A stretch of DNA of 64,000 nt, from positions 1,820 through 65,819 of the IMG/VR virus record IMGVR_UViG_3300032893_000039; one strand, written 5' to 3'. This DNA comes from a virus. Its lineage: Duplodnaviria > Caudoviricetes. The notes below the pieces were generated by a model that was not told the DNA's origin, made no database searches, and saw only the letters and a program-made list of their open reading frames with translations. The position numbers were made by a program, and so were the translations under genes. This document shows positions 35,564 through 47,000 of this stretch, in pieces. Position 1 is the stretch's first letter. Every line of letters starts with the position of its first letter.

Positions 35564-36130
35564 ATGATAACCTCCAACGACATTGCCAATCAAGCAATAC
35601 AACTCATCGGCGACAACCAGCCGCCTGTAACCGGCTATGCCCCGACCTTTGACAATTCCGACGCCGGCCTTGCACTGCAAGAACTATATATTCCCTGCGT
35701 CCGAACAGTCGGGCGTCAATTCGGCTGGGACTTTTTGCGCCTGACCTCAACTTTAGTACTAAGCGGCAACATCGCACCATTTCCGTATCAGTATGAATAT
35801 CTCTATCCTACCAATGGAATTCAAGTCCGCCAAGTAATGCCGCGCGGCCTCACTGATGTAAATAATCCTCTACCCGTCCAATGGGCCGTTGGCAACTCTA
35901 CTGTCGGCGGCAACAATGTAAAGGTAATCTGGACTAATCAGTCTAACGCTCAAGTAGTCTGGTCAAATATGCCGGCGGAATCTACATGGGACCCGCTCTT
36001 CCAAGAGGCAGTTGTGAGGCATTTGGCGTCAGAACTTGCCATTGCTATTTCTTCCCGCCTCGATACCGCCCGCGACTTACTCAGTACTGCTTCTGCCTTT
36101 GAACAACTTGGTGAGGGTCGGGATAGTTAA
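35564..36130 (+). CDS. head-tail adaptor (tail tubular protein A-like), paralogue 1
   Basis: IANQAIQLIG, WDF, YEYLYP, WDPLFQEAV. Confidence 0.7.
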   Translation: MITSNDIANQAIQLIGDNQPPVTGYAPTFDNSDAGLALQELYIPCVRTVGRQFGWDFLRLTSTLVLSGNIAPFPYQYEYLYPTNGIQVRQVMPRGLTDVNNPLPVQWAVGNSTVGGNNVKVIWTNQSNAQVVWSNMPAESTWDPLFQEAVVRHLASELAIAISSRLDTARDLLSTASAFEQLGEGRDS

Positions 36131-36759
36131 TGACATCATCAGTGCAAAGTGTTGAGAATATCTGCAATCAAGCGCTCGGCAAAATTGGCTTCAAGCGGCG
36201 GATCGGCGACATTTATGAAGGTTCAGCGCATGCTAAGCTGTGCCTCGACTTCTACGCTCAGACACGCGATGAACTACTTCGCTCAAATGACTGGGGCTTT
36301 GCAGAACGGGTTATTAGTGCAACGTTGCTCAAGCAAGCACCGCTTAACGGCTACTCCCCCGCAAATCCCTGGACCAATGCTTATCCTCCGCCGCCTTGGT
36401 ATTATGAATATTCTTATCCTAACGATTGCATTAAACTCCGATCAATCAAATCCTCTCAAATCTTCCTGCCCAACTTCACGCCCGTTCCAAATATTTTCGA
36501 CATCTACAATGATGATTCTCTTACCGTTCCAGCTAAAACAATAGTAACAAATATGTCAAATGCGATTTTAGTATATACTGGACAAATTACTGACATGACT
36601 ACTTGGGAGCCGCTTTTTGCTCAGACTTTGATTGACACGCTGGCCCAAAAACTCGCGCCGGCCCTTGCTAAACTAGATCAGGGCGGCGATGCGGCAGAAA
36701 AAGAAGAGATGCAGGATAAGGCAATTGATAGTATTTCAGCTGCAAGGATGCAAGGGTAA
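36130..36759 (+). CDS. head-tail adaptor (tail tubular protein A-like), paralogue 2
   Basis: ICNQALGKIG, WGFA, YEYSYPNDC, WEPLF. Confidence 0.75.
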   Translation: MTSSVQSVENICNQALGKIGFKRRIGDIYEGSAHAKLCLDFYAQTRDELLRSNDWGFAERVISATLLKQAPLNGYSPANPWTNAYPPPPWYYEYSYPNDCIKLRSIKSSQIFLPNFTPVPNIFDIYNDDSLTVPAKTIVTNMSNAILVYTGQITDMTTWEPLFAQTLIDTLAQKLAPALAKLDQGGDAAEKEEMQDKAIDSISAARMQG

Positions 36760-37637
36760 TGGCTAATCTTCCAGCAGATATCATCAACCAAGCTCTGGAT
36801 GCGGCAGGTGTTGATATAGTTATTGGTGATCCTGAAGAAGGAACACGTGAAGCCCAAGTTTGTTTACGAGCTTATACTGAATGTGTAAGACAACTTCAGA
36901 GAAGTGCGCATTGGGACTTCACGCGAAAGCAGGCACCGCTAAATCTTCTCGCCGATGCGACCGGCCAAACACCAGACGTAGGAACTACTGTTCCGCTTCC
37001 TTGGGTTTACGAATATAGCTATCCCATTGACTGTCTCAAAATGCGTTTCATTCCCTGGAATGTATACCCCCAAACTCCGCCGGCGGGTAATAATTCTATA
37101 CCAAGCACACCTCTGACTACTGGACAAATTACGTCGCCTGCCACCTCCCTAATCCGTATCGCCCCAGCTCCCTTCGTAGTTGGCACCGACTTCAACTACC
37201 CAGTCGATACCAATCAAGCTGACGGCCAGTGGTGGGAGACGCCGGGCGCTAGTCCTGCTGGCCGCACTGTAGTAATGACAAATGTGGCCCAGGCAAATGG
37301 GATATATACCAGCTATGTGCCATACCCTAATATGTGGGACCCGTTGTTTCGCGCGGCGGTTGTATCGTATATTGCTAGTGAGGTCGCACTCCCGCTGGCG
37401 AAGGATAAGAAATTTGGCCTTGCAAGGGCAGCGCAACTCATCGCAACAGTAAAGCAAAAGCTCGAACAAGCCCGGATCACTGATGGTAATGAAGGATGGT
37501 ATTCTACCGACCATACGCCGGATTGGATTAGAAAGAGATATTCAGGCGGCGGTTGGGGCAGCGCGCTTGGTGGTCTCCCCGGCGTACTTGGCTACGGTTG
37601 GGATGCTTGTTCCTTCTCTGATGGAAGTGCCTTTTAA
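36759..37637 (+). CDS. head-tail adaptor (tail tubular protein A-like), paralogue 3
   Basis: IINQALDAAG, WDFT, YEYSYPIDC, WDPLFRAAV, ARITDGNEG. Confidence 0.75.
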   Translation: MANLPADIINQALDAAGVDIVIGDPEEGTREAQVCLRAYTECVRQLQRSAHWDFTRKQAPLNLLADATGQTPDVGTTVPLPWVYEYSYPIDCLKMRFIPWNVYPQTPPAGNNSIPSTPLTTGQITSPATSLIRIAPAPFVVGTDFNYPVDTNQADGQWWETPGASPAGRTVVMTNVAQANGIYTSYVPYPNMWDPLFRAAVVSYIASEVALPLAKDKKFGLARAAQLIATVKQKLEQARITDGNEGWYSTDHTPDWIRKRYSGGGWGSALGGLPGVLGYGWDACSFSDGSAF

Positions 37638-40600
37638 ATGTCTTTACCTCTCATAGAAAATGCCTTTGCTGCTGGAGAACTAACTCCGGGCCTATTTGGG
37701 CGGGTAGATTTGGCTAAGTTCCACATCGGCGCGGCCACTATGAGGAATTTGTTTGTGTCATATCGTGGCGGCGCGTATAGCCGCGCTGGCACTGCTTTCG
37801 TAGGCTATTCTAAACAAACCGGGCGCACAGTGCCGCCTCGTATGATTACTTTCCAGTTCTCCATCAATCAAGGGCTCGCGCTTGAATTTGGCAATAACTA
37901 CATGCGTGTGGTAGATAATGGAGAATTTGTCACCGAAACGCCTGAAAATATCTCCATGATTAACCAAGCTTTGCCTATGCAGATAAATGTTGCAAATAAT
38001 TGGCAGGCTGGAGATTGGATTTTTGTGTCGGGCGTAGCCGGTATGACACAGGTAAATGACCAAACCTACGTAGTTGCGAGCGCGACATCAGGATATATTA
38101 CTCTAAATGATGTTTTCGGCAATCCAGTCAATAGTACAGGATTTTCGATCTATACTGGTGGCGGAACGGCGGCACGGATTTATACGCTCACCACTCCATA
38201 CGCTGAAGCAGATTTAGAGTATCTGAAATTTACCCAATCCGCTGATGTTATGACACTTTGCTGTTGGAACCAAGTTACCGGCACTTCCTACCCACCCATG
38301 CAATTGACGCGCTTTGCCGATAATAATTGGACACTCGCTCAGCCTCAAATTGGAACTACTATCTCACCGCCAACTGGCTATTTGATAAGCAGCGTCGGGG
38401 CCGGCGAAACCCCTACTTGGAATTTTAGCTATGTAGTTACTTCAATTGCTAGTGCTGATGGTCAAGAAAGTATCGCCTCGCCTCCGATCACAAAGACTAA
38501 CACAGGCAATCCGGCCCTTGTTGCTAATAGTATTACACTGAATTGGAATTCTAATTCGGCCGCTAGTACTTATAAAGTATACCGGGCGCTTGGAACAATT
38601 TACCCAGTATCGGATAGCACCGCTGCAGATGTACCTGTTGGTTCGCTATTTGGATTCATCGGCTCAACATATGGTACTACATTTACTGATTCAAATATCA
38701 CAGCCGATTATAGTCAAGTTCCACCTACACACCAAAACCCGTTTTCGCCCGGCGCAATCATAGCTGTACCAATCACATCACAAGGTAGTGGGTATAGCCA
38801 AAGTACTGTTCAACTTCAAATTAATACCGCTACAGGCTCGGGCGCTAAACTTGTACCAGTAATCGCAAATGGTAAACTCTCTGCAATTATTATTCAAGAG
38901 GCTGGGCAAAATTACTTATCTACCGACACAGTTACCATACTAAATGGCACCGGCGGCGCAGCTAATATTACTGTTGGACCTTCTACAGGTACTTACCCAA
39001 GCGTGCCGGCCTATTTCCAAGAGCGATTGGTATATGCCGGTTCCCCAAATAAGCCAGACACTTACTGGATGTCGCAGCCGGGCGCGTATAATAATTTTGA
39101 CAGCCGCATACCTACTATTGCAAGTGACGCCATTACCGGCACACCGTGGTCAGTAGAAGTAAATGGCATCCAATTCATGGTAAATATGCCGGGCGGCTTA
39201 GTAGTACTTACTGGCCTGAGCGCTTGGCAGTTGACGGGGGCTGGCGGTAGTTCATTGAATCCGCAGCCGCTTACACCGTCTAATCAGCAGGCGCAGCCGC
39301 AGGCATATAACGGTTGCTCTGCTACCGTCCCACCTATCAAAATCGACCTCAACATTCTCTACGTCCAAGCCAAAGGTTCCATCGTTCGCAACATCGAATA
39401 TCAAATCTTTCAAAATCAATACTTCGGTGCCGATATTACTGTCTTATCTGCACACTTATTTAATAATCATCAAATACGAGAATGGGCTTGGTGTGAGGAG
39501 CCTTATAAAATACTTTGGGCTGTGCGGGATGACGGGGTTCTTTTAAGCTTGACATATCTCAAGCAGCAAGATATTATTGGATGGGCGCGACACGATACGC
39601 ACGGCCTATTTTGTAGTGTCTGTGCCGTCACCGAGCCGCCCGTCGATGCTCTTTACTTAGCCACTCAACGCTTTCCAACCAATACCGGCGCTGCTTATAT
39701 GATCGAAAGAATGGACAATCGACTTTGGAATGACGTTGAAAATAGTTGGTGCGTTGACGCGGCCCTTCAATACCCGCAGGGCCAGCCTAATGCAACTCTT
39801 ACTACTAATTCCGCCACCGGCCTCGGGCAGATTAGTGGCTTTAGTAATCTTGTAGGTGGAAGTAATTATTCAGCAAATACTAAAGCAAGTATTGTTGATA
39901 ATAATGGGCTTGGGCCGGGCACTGGCGCGGTGGTCACTCTGACTATTACTAATGGTGTTATCACTAACATTGCTTCGACGCCAGGCTCAAAATATTTTAA
40001 TCCGGTTTTGGTTATATATGATCCTCTTGGTGCAATGGGAGGTAGTGGCGCGTCAGCTACACCTATTTTAAATAATTCTGCCAACTTCTACACTACATCC
40101 AACGTATTTACACCAGTAATGGCACAACAAGGTTGGGTTATTCGTATCGGCGGCGGCATTGCTACTATTACTGAATACATCAGCCCGACCGAAGTTATTG
40201 GTAATATTACCACACCAATTACGGGCACGTGTCCAAATGGTACTTTTGTGGTGCCCGCTACGCCGGGCGAATGGACGCTCACGCAACCAACTATAGTAGT
40301 TTCAGGACTTAATCATCTAGCAGGCTCATATGTTACTGGCGTTGCTGATGGAAATGTAATTCCGCCTCAAGCAGTCTCCGCTCAAGGTACTATCACTCTT
40401 TCTGTGCCTGCCACCGCAATTACAGTAGGTATGGGCTATCAAGTACAATTGCAAAGTGTCTATCTCGACAGCGGTAATCCTACAGTTCAGGGGCAGAGAA
40501 AGAAAATCGCAGCGGTCACTGCTAGATTGGAAAATTCAGGTAATGGAATTACTATTGGTACTAACCAACCCGATGGTAGTGTGCAGAGCCCGGCACAAAT

Positions 40601-40850
40601 TCAGACACTTTGGCAAAATATGGTTAATGCTAATGTGAAAAGTGTGCCGCCTTTTGGCAGTAATGTATATCCTCTTTACACCGGCGACATTAGGATTCCT
40701 ACTAAGGGCGGATATAATACAAAGGGGCAAGTTGCGTTACAGCAGTTGGAGCCGTTGCCTATGCAGGTGTTGGCATTGGTGCCTGAATTTGATCAGGGAG
40801 ATGTGCCACAACCGCCGGGTCCGCAAGCAGCACAGGGTAGAGGTAAATAG
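37638..40850 (+). CDS. tail tubular protein B / nozzle
   Basis: FAAGELTPGLFGRVD, FTQSADV, YPSVPAYFQERL, GWARHDT, GLNHLAG. Confidence 0.88.
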   Translation: MSLPLIENAFAAGELTPGLFGRVDLAKFHIGAATMRNLFVSYRGGAYSRAGTAFVGYSKQTGRTVPPRMITFQFSINQGLALEFGNNYMRVVDNGEFVTETPENISMINQALPMQINVANNWQAGDWIFVSGVAGMTQVNDQTYVVASATSGYITLNDVFGNPVNSTGFSIYTGGGTAARIYTLTTPYAEADLEYLKFTQSADVMTLCCWNQVTGTSYPPMQLTRFADNNWTLAQPQIGTTISPPTGYLISSVGAGETPTWNFSYVVTSIASADGQESIASPPITKTNTGNPALVANSITLNWNSNSAASTYKVYRALGTIYPVSDSTAADVPVGSLFGFIGSTYGTTFTDSNITADYSQVPPTHQNPFSPGAIIAVPITSQGSGYSQSTVQLQINTATGSGAKLVPVIANGKLSAIIIQEAGQNYLSTDTVTILNGTGGAANITVGPSTGTYPSVPAYFQERLVYAGSPNKPDTYWMSQPGAYNNFDSRIPTIASDAITGTPWSVEVNGIQFMVNMPGGLVVLTGLSAWQLTGAGGSSLNPQPLTPSNQQAQPQAYNGCSATVPPIKIDLNILYVQAKGSIVRNIEYQIFQNQYFGADITVLSAHLFNNHQIREWAWCEEPYKILWAVRDDGVLLSLTYLKQQDIIGWARHDTHGLFCSVCAVTEPPVDALYLATQRFPTNTGAAYMIERMDNRLWNDVENSWCVDAALQYPQGQPNATLTTNSATGLGQISGFSNLVGGSNYSANTKASIVDNNGLGPGTGAVVTLTITNGVITNIASTPGSKYFNPVLVIYDPLGAMGGSGASATPILNNSANFYTTSNVFTPVMAQQGWVIRIGGGIATITEYISPTEVIGNITTPITGTCPNGTFVVPATPGEWTLTQPTIVVSGLNHLAGSYVTGVADGNVIPPQAVSAQGTITLSVPATAITVGMGYQVQLQSVYLDSGNPTVQGQRKKIAAVTARLENSGNGITIGTNQPDGSVQSPAQIQTLWQNMVNANVKSVPPFGSNVYPLYTGDIRIPTKGGYNTKGQVALQQLEPLPMQVLALVPEFDQGDVPQPPGPQAAQGRGK

Positions 40851-40852
40851 TA

Positions 40853-41302
40853 ATGTATAGCTCCGAAATTCTTCCATTGAAAGTATATCACCTCGGCCAA
40901 ATGTCCCGCCTGCTTCGTCATGAGCATGCAAAGATGATATTGAATATGAATTACAATGTACATAGAAGTCTGCTACAGTATTATAATCTATCTCTCTTCT
41001 CCCGCGCCTGGAAAGTAAACGGAAAGTTGGCCGGCGTGGGTGGGGTTACTGGAAGCTTATTATCCACCGAAGGATACATTTGGCTTGCGTTGAGTGAGGA
41101 AATATTAAAAAATCCAATAATTATTGTAAAAGAAGCAGTTATGCAATTGAGAGAGATATTGAAGGTTAAGAAAAGACTCATAGCCTTTGTACTCACCGCA
41201 GATAAAGTCGCACAGCGATTTGCGGAGTTTCTTGGCTTTGTCTCTAAAGGACTATGTGCCGACCCAAATTTTATTATTTATTCCTTAGAAGCTGAGGTTT
41301 AA
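40853..41302 (+). CDS. internal virion protein A-like (GNAT-like fold)
   Basis: Position after nozzle; GYIWL...RFAEFLGF pattern. Confidence 0.6.
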   Translation: MYSSEILPLKVYHLGQMSRLLRHEHAKMILNMNYNVHRSLLQYYNLSLFSRAWKVNGKLAGVGGVTGSLLSTEGYIWLALSEEILKNPIIIVKEAVMQLREILKVKKRLIAFVLTADKVAQRFAEFLGFVSKGLCADPNFIIYSLEAEV

Positions 41303-41303
41303 T

Positions 41304-41816
41304 ATGGCAGCAATATTACCACCTCTTGCACTCGGCGGCGCGCTTATTCAAGGTATTGGCTCGTTAGAGAATGGAATTGCAACGGGTCGCGCGGCCGCCT
41401 ATGAGGCGCAGGTGGCAAGGAATAATGCAATTATTGCGCAGCAAAATGCAGCGGCGGCGGGTGCGGCGGGCGGTGTACAAGCCCAGGCAACTAGTCTTCG
41501 TTCTGCCGCTACTGGCGGCTTAATCAAAGCTGGGCAAGCAGCTAGTAATATTGATGTAAACTCAGGCTCGGCGGTAGAGGTGCAGGCTAGTCAGCGGCAG
41601 TTGGGAGAGCTAGATGCTGAAACGGCGATGCATAATGCGGCCCTTCAGGCATACGGGTATCAGACACAAGCAACTGGATATACTGCACAAGCTGGGCTGT
41701 ATGGTGCTGAAGCAGAACAAGCGCCTATCGGTGGAGTGCTCGACGCAACTGGTAATTTACTTTCTAATGCGTCCAATATCGGTTTCAAGTGGATTGGTTC
41801 TGGTGGAGGCAGTTGA
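41304..41816 (+). CDS. internal virion (ejection) protein B-like
   Basis: Ala/Gln-rich; AASNIDVNSGSA. Confidence 0.7.
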   Translation: MAAILPPLALGGALIQGIGSLENGIATGRAAAYEAQVARNNAIIAQQNAAAAGAAGGVQAQATSLRSAATGGLIKAGQAASNIDVNSGSAVEVQASQRQLGELDAETAMHNAALQAYGYQTQATGYTAQAGLYGAEAEQAPIGGVLDATGNLLSNASNIGFKWIGSGGGS

Positions 41817-41818
41817 TT

Positions 41819-44056
41819 ATGGCTGAAGTTCCCTATAACCCCACTCAAACCATTCTCCCACAAACCCAAGTTCCAGATGACTATCAGCATGAGCAAGCCA
41901 CGCCGGCAATGGCTGGCGGACTACTTGCGCAGGGTGAAGAGAAACTTGGCACGGGCGCTTCTACCGCTGTACATTTCTTCCAACAAGTACAAACCGACCA
42001 GATGATAAATGATACGATGGAGAGGGGCCGACAGGTAGTAAAACAGTTTCAGTCTTTACGTGGTGCAGATGCGGACGGCGCAGCGCAAGCGGCGACACAG
42101 AAGCAATTGGACCAAATTTGGAAAGAAGGGCGAAGCAATCTCGATTCCCCAGCCCAGCAGCAGCAGTACGATCAACAAAGTAGAATGTTCTTTGAAAGAT
42201 TCCTTGCGCCGCAGATTGACAACCATGCAATACAGCAGGCGCAGGTTTATGCTAATGGAGTGAACGAAAGTAGAGTGGATAATGGCCGGTCGATAATTAA
42301 CGAAGCGCCCGGCGACGACAATGCTTATACTATGGGCATTGGTCTAATGTTTCAGGGGAGGTTGAAGCAGGCCCAGTTGAAGTATGGGCAGGATTTGCCG
42401 CCGGAAATAATGGATCAGGTAAAGACACAAGTTGGTATTGACGCGACGGAGAGTAGAATCCTCGCGTTGCTACCTAGTGATCCTATCCGAGCCAAGGCCA
42501 TTCTTGACTTGCCGGCTAATCAGAAGTTACTTTCCGCCGCGCCCAATTTCAGCACCCTTTCCGCTCATGTTGAAGCGGCAGCGGTAAAGATGCAAGCCGG
42601 TCCTATTGCTGATAAATATCTCGGCAATCTTGGTGTTGGTAATACTGGGCAGGGGCCGACGTTGCAGCCGAGACCGATTGGCGAGCAACAGGTAAATCAA
42701 ATTGTTGATATACTTCATAGTCAGGAAAGTGGTGGCGCGGCGACGGCCCCAACTTCTTCAGCCGGCGCGGTCGGCGGCTATCAAATCAAACCCGCAACCT
42801 TCTCTCAATACATAAACCCCGGAGAACATCTTGACATCAACTCTCTTGCGGATCAGCGCGTTGTTGCTAGTAGAATTGTTGAAGATGGCTTGCGGCGTAG
42901 TGGCGGCGACCCTCAAGGGGCTGCTGTGGCTTACTTCTCAGGCGTCGGAAATGTTGCGCCGCCTGGAAATCCGACTCCTTGGAAAAAGGACTTAGTTGAT
43001 CCAAGTAGTGGGTTGAGCGTGTCGCAGTATGTACAGCAGGTTAGTGCTAAGGCTGCGAAGGCGGGGATGCTGATAACGAAGGCGAGCGTGCTGGATCAGG
43101 TAGATAAGGACTATGCTGATAATCCAGCGCTGGCCCAGGCGATACGGAGCCATATTAATGAGAGGTTTGCCATTGCAAATCAGGTTCAGCAGAGCGCGGC
43201 GCTCGCGCAGGAAGAATGGAGGAACCAAACAGCGGCACACTTCACATCGGAGATTATTAAGTCAACTCTTCCAGGCCAGACGCTAGCGCCCGACTTTGCT
43301 AGTAGAGTGGCAGCGGCGGGCGACCAAGGGCTCAGTGCCTCAGTACAGGAAGGATTACTCCGTTTCGCCAGTGAAGCACCTAAGTATACCATGAGCCATA
43401 ATGCTAAGGAATATGGGCCAGGCTTTGATGAAGTAGTTGGGAGGATGCTACTCCCTGCCGATGATCCGAATAGAATTTCAAATGACGGGCAATTGATTAA
43501 TTTTATTGGGACCAATCCAGACAGGTTGTGGCCGAGCGGGGTTTCGGAGGCTAGTAAGTTTTTGAAAATGGCCCATGAGCAGCCGGGACAGGCCATGATG
43601 ATTAATCAATTTATTGAAAATGCAAAGTCACGGATTGTAGGGATACAGATTAAGGGATATGAAAATCCAGAGGTGCAGCAAAGATACTCTGCTTGGCTTA
43701 ATCAGGCGTTGCCACAGATTTATGCTGGGATTGATAAGGGAATACCTATTGCAGAGTTGACTAAGAAAGGCAGCGCGTTGGATGAGTCGATTGATAAGGC
43801 TAAGCCAAGCCTCGCGGCGAAAATTAACGACAAGACCACACCGCCACCAGCACCTCCAACTACTGCACCAATCACTCCCACCTTCAATTTCGACATCGGT
43901 AAACATGACATCTCCACTCCCGAAGGCATTACCCAAACAAAGACTGCGATAACCCAAGCTTGGGAAAAATCTAGTAAAACCGCCCAAGATTGGGACGCTG
44001 CAATGGCAGCGTGGAAAAGAATTCCCACCGGCCCTCAAGCTCCAGTGAGTCAGTAG
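41819..44056 (+). CDS. ejection protein with lytic-transglycosylase-like domain
   Basis: QESGG...SSAGAVGGYQIKPAT...AVAYFSGVG. Confidence 0.75.
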   Translation: MAEVPYNPTQTILPQTQVPDDYQHEQATPAMAGGLLAQGEEKLGTGASTAVHFFQQVQTDQMINDTMERGRQVVKQFQSLRGADADGAAQAATQKQLDQIWKEGRSNLDSPAQQQQYDQQSRMFFERFLAPQIDNHAIQQAQVYANGVNESRVDNGRSIINEAPGDDNAYTMGIGLMFQGRLKQAQLKYGQDLPPEIMDQVKTQVGIDATESRILALLPSDPIRAKAILDLPANQKLLSAAPNFSTLSAHVEAAAVKMQAGPIADKYLGNLGVGNTGQGPTLQPRPIGEQQVNQIVDILHSQESGGAATAPTSSAGAVGGYQIKPATFSQYINPGEHLDINSLADQRVVASRIVEDGLRRSGGDPQGAAVAYFSGVGNVAPPGNPTPWKKDLVDPSSGLSVSQYVQQVSAKAAKAGMLITKASVLDQVDKDYADNPALAQAIRSHINERFAIANQVQQSAALAQEEWRNQTAAHFTSEIIKSTLPGQTLAPDFASRVAAAGDQGLSASVQEGLLRFASEAPKYTMSHNAKEYGPGFDEVVGRMLLPADDPNRISNDGQLINFIGTNPDRLWPSGVSEASKFLKMAHEQPGQAMMINQFIENAKSRIVGIQIKGYENPEVQQRYSAWLNQALPQIYAGIDKGIPIAELTKKGSALDESIDKAKPSLAAKINDKTTPPPAPPTTAPITPTFNFDIGKHDISTPEGITQTKTAITQAWEKSSKTAQDWDAAMAAWKRIPTGPQAPVSQ

Positions 44057-44057
44057 T

Positions 44058-47000
44058 ATGGATGGATCACAAGACCTTCCCTTTGGGCCGAGGCCGGATC
44101 AGGGCAATAGTAGTTTACCTTTTGGGCCGAGGCCGGCGGAGACGCAAGTAGATCCGCTTGGGCAATTGCCAGAAGAGAGTTTTTACAATGACTTTACCAA
44201 TGCCGGCGCACATGTGTTGAAGGCAATGGTTGGGGCTGGTGCTGCTGGCTTGTCGGAAGATCAATTCAGCGGGCCGGTACAGGAAGAGTTGAGAAAGGCT
44301 AAGGTGATCGGGCCACAGAGTGGGCAGGGAAGTATTGTACAGCAGTTTAATGAGACGGTATTGAAGCCGTTGATTATGACTGGCGAACTCGGCGCGCGGA
44401 TTATGCAGGCCGGGTTTGGGGCGTATCAAACAGGCGCAATTACTGCTGGCGAGGAAGCTGGCGCACCGGCGCTGGGCCGTGACGTAGCATTACTTCCAGA
44501 GGCATCTTTAGGTTTCGGCCATCTTGGAGTAATTACTAAGGCGCGCGAGCTAAGTATTATTGGTGCAGAAGGTGAAAAGCCAGTACAAGGTATGCGCGAG
44601 CCGCCGCTGCCAAAGCTTGAAAGTACTCTTCCGCTTGAGCCAGATACAGCGCCAAAACCTACCAACGTCCATGAACTCGCTCGGCAAATTGATCCTGATA
44701 CTTTCAAGGTCTTCGATGCGCTTCAGCAACGAAATGAAGTATTAAGGGAACAGCTTAGTAGTCTTGCAGAGGCGCGCGGCGAGGTAAAGCCTAGCCCGGA
44801 AGCGCAGGCGTTGCAGGATAAGGCAGATGGGATACTTGCCAAGGTTAATGGGGTTGAGGCGAGACTTACTAAGAAGCAAGCGACAGTGTTGGAGGATGTG
44901 AGGAAGCAAATTGCAGAGGCACCAAGTGAGCAGGTTGATACGCCAGAGATGGCCGAGGTACGTAGTCAGATTCAGAAAAATGACTACCAAATGCGCGATA
45001 TGGCTCTGCAAATAAGTAATGCTTATGACGCAGCGCGGGAGCAAATGCCGGAGGTACAGCCACAGCCTGCTCCAGTCGAAGCTGTAAAAGAAGAAGCTGC
45101 GCCTGAAGTGCCAAAGGAAATACTTTCTTCCAAAGGCGAAGTTATCTCCACTCCTCAAATGGTCAGTGATATTTCTTCTGATGTTAGTCAGAAGTTGCAA
45201 GCGGTAGGAAGGCCAGCAAACGAAGCGGATCTGGCTGCGCAGTTAGTGGCACTGCATTATGAGACGCGGGCGAAATTTTTCGACGGCGCGAAGGGCAGCA
45301 CGGCGGATCTTTACAAGAATGAAGGCTTTGACATTACTGGTACAAGTACAAAAGAGTTGCCCAAGCCTCCTGAAGACCTTAGCTTTGACCAAAGCGGAAA
45401 GATCCTCCAAGGCAAAACTGCCTTCACCAACGCTAAGACCATAGTAAAACTCTTTAAGTCCGCCGACGCTTCTACTTTCATTCATGAAATGGGTCATGTT
45501 TGGTTAAATGAACTTATGAATGATGCAAAGGATGAAGCTGCACCGCAAGAACTTCGTGATATGGCCTCCGCTGCTAGGAAGTGGATGGGGGTTAGTGAAG
45601 ACTTAGATATGTCAGTGAGGAGTAAAGTAGTCACTGCCGCGCATGAAAAATGGGCGCGCGCCTTCGAGCGGTACTTATATGATGGTGAAGCGCCGACGCC
45701 GGGGCTGGTAAAACTCTTCACACAATTCCGTGAGTGGCTTGGGGAGATTAAGAATAAAATCGCCCGCCTCGCACCGATTTCAAATGAAGTAAAAGATATC
45801 TTTGACAAACTAATCACTCCTAATCCTGAGCGGCAGCCAGTGGGAAAGATTGAGCCGATAGGTAAGACGCTGGCCGATATCCACGAAGCTGACGCTAAGG
45901 CCGCCACTCCACAAACCGCCGGCCACATTGGCGACTTAGTACACTCTGAAATTCGTGAAACGGTAAAGAATCATCCCAATCTTGAAAGGGCAGTAAATGG
46001 ACCAGAACCCGGACTTGAAAGAGGCACAGGCAGCAGCAATGGCAACGAGATTGCAAAACCTGGATCAGAGCACACTGAGCCCGGAGGAACAGCAACTACT
46101 GCCGCACCTTCAGAGGTCAGTCGGGGCGTTAGTGCAACTGAGGGCAAAGGCGAAGGAGGGGAGGGTGCAGCCGCAGGTGCCCAGCCAGCAGTAAAGGTTG
46201 AGGAACCTTCTACTGGGGTGGAGACACACGGCGCTACGGATGAAAGGGGGCATTTTACTAAAAGTGATTCTATGTATTTGAATAAGGCTGGGAATATTCG
46301 GCAAGATACTTTGAATGCACCTGATGATATTTTCAAAGCAGCGCAAGATGCTGCGGCGGCAAATGGTAATTTCATGCCTGCCCGGCGCGGCAAGCTTAGT
46401 CTTGCTGAGCAGAAGATGCTCGCCGATGATCTTGGTATTGATGTGATCGATAGTTGGAAAGTCGGCGATGCTTTTAATAGTAGTGAAATACTATATGTAA
46501 GGGATGCTTTCATTGATGCGGCAACGGTGGTGCGTGATAGTATGGCTAAGGCGTCGGAGACAGGTAATCCGGCAGATGTAGCAGCTTTTGCAAAGGCGCG
46601 GGCTAGGCTGATAATGATACAGGAGGTGTTGAGTGGAGTAACTGCTGAGGCGGGTCGGGCGCTCGCGGCATTTAGAAATGTACAGATGTATAGAGATGCG
46701 CGGGCGCTCAGTGACTTTCTCCGTGATACTCAGGGAATGGACTTGTTCCAGATGATGGAAATGGCGGAGAGAGGAAAGGGATTGAAAGATACGCATCAGC
46801 TTAGTAAATTCCTTCAAGACTCCCTCAAGCCGGATTTTTCACAACGGATGATTTATTACTATGTAAATGCTCTGATATCTGGTCCGCTCACCCATCTTCG
46901 GTATAGTATTGGCAACGCGATTAATGCCGTGGCTAGGCCGTTGGCAGTAATTCCAATTGCGGCGGCGCAAGGGGCAGTTAGGGAAGCGCTTGGGTTTGAG

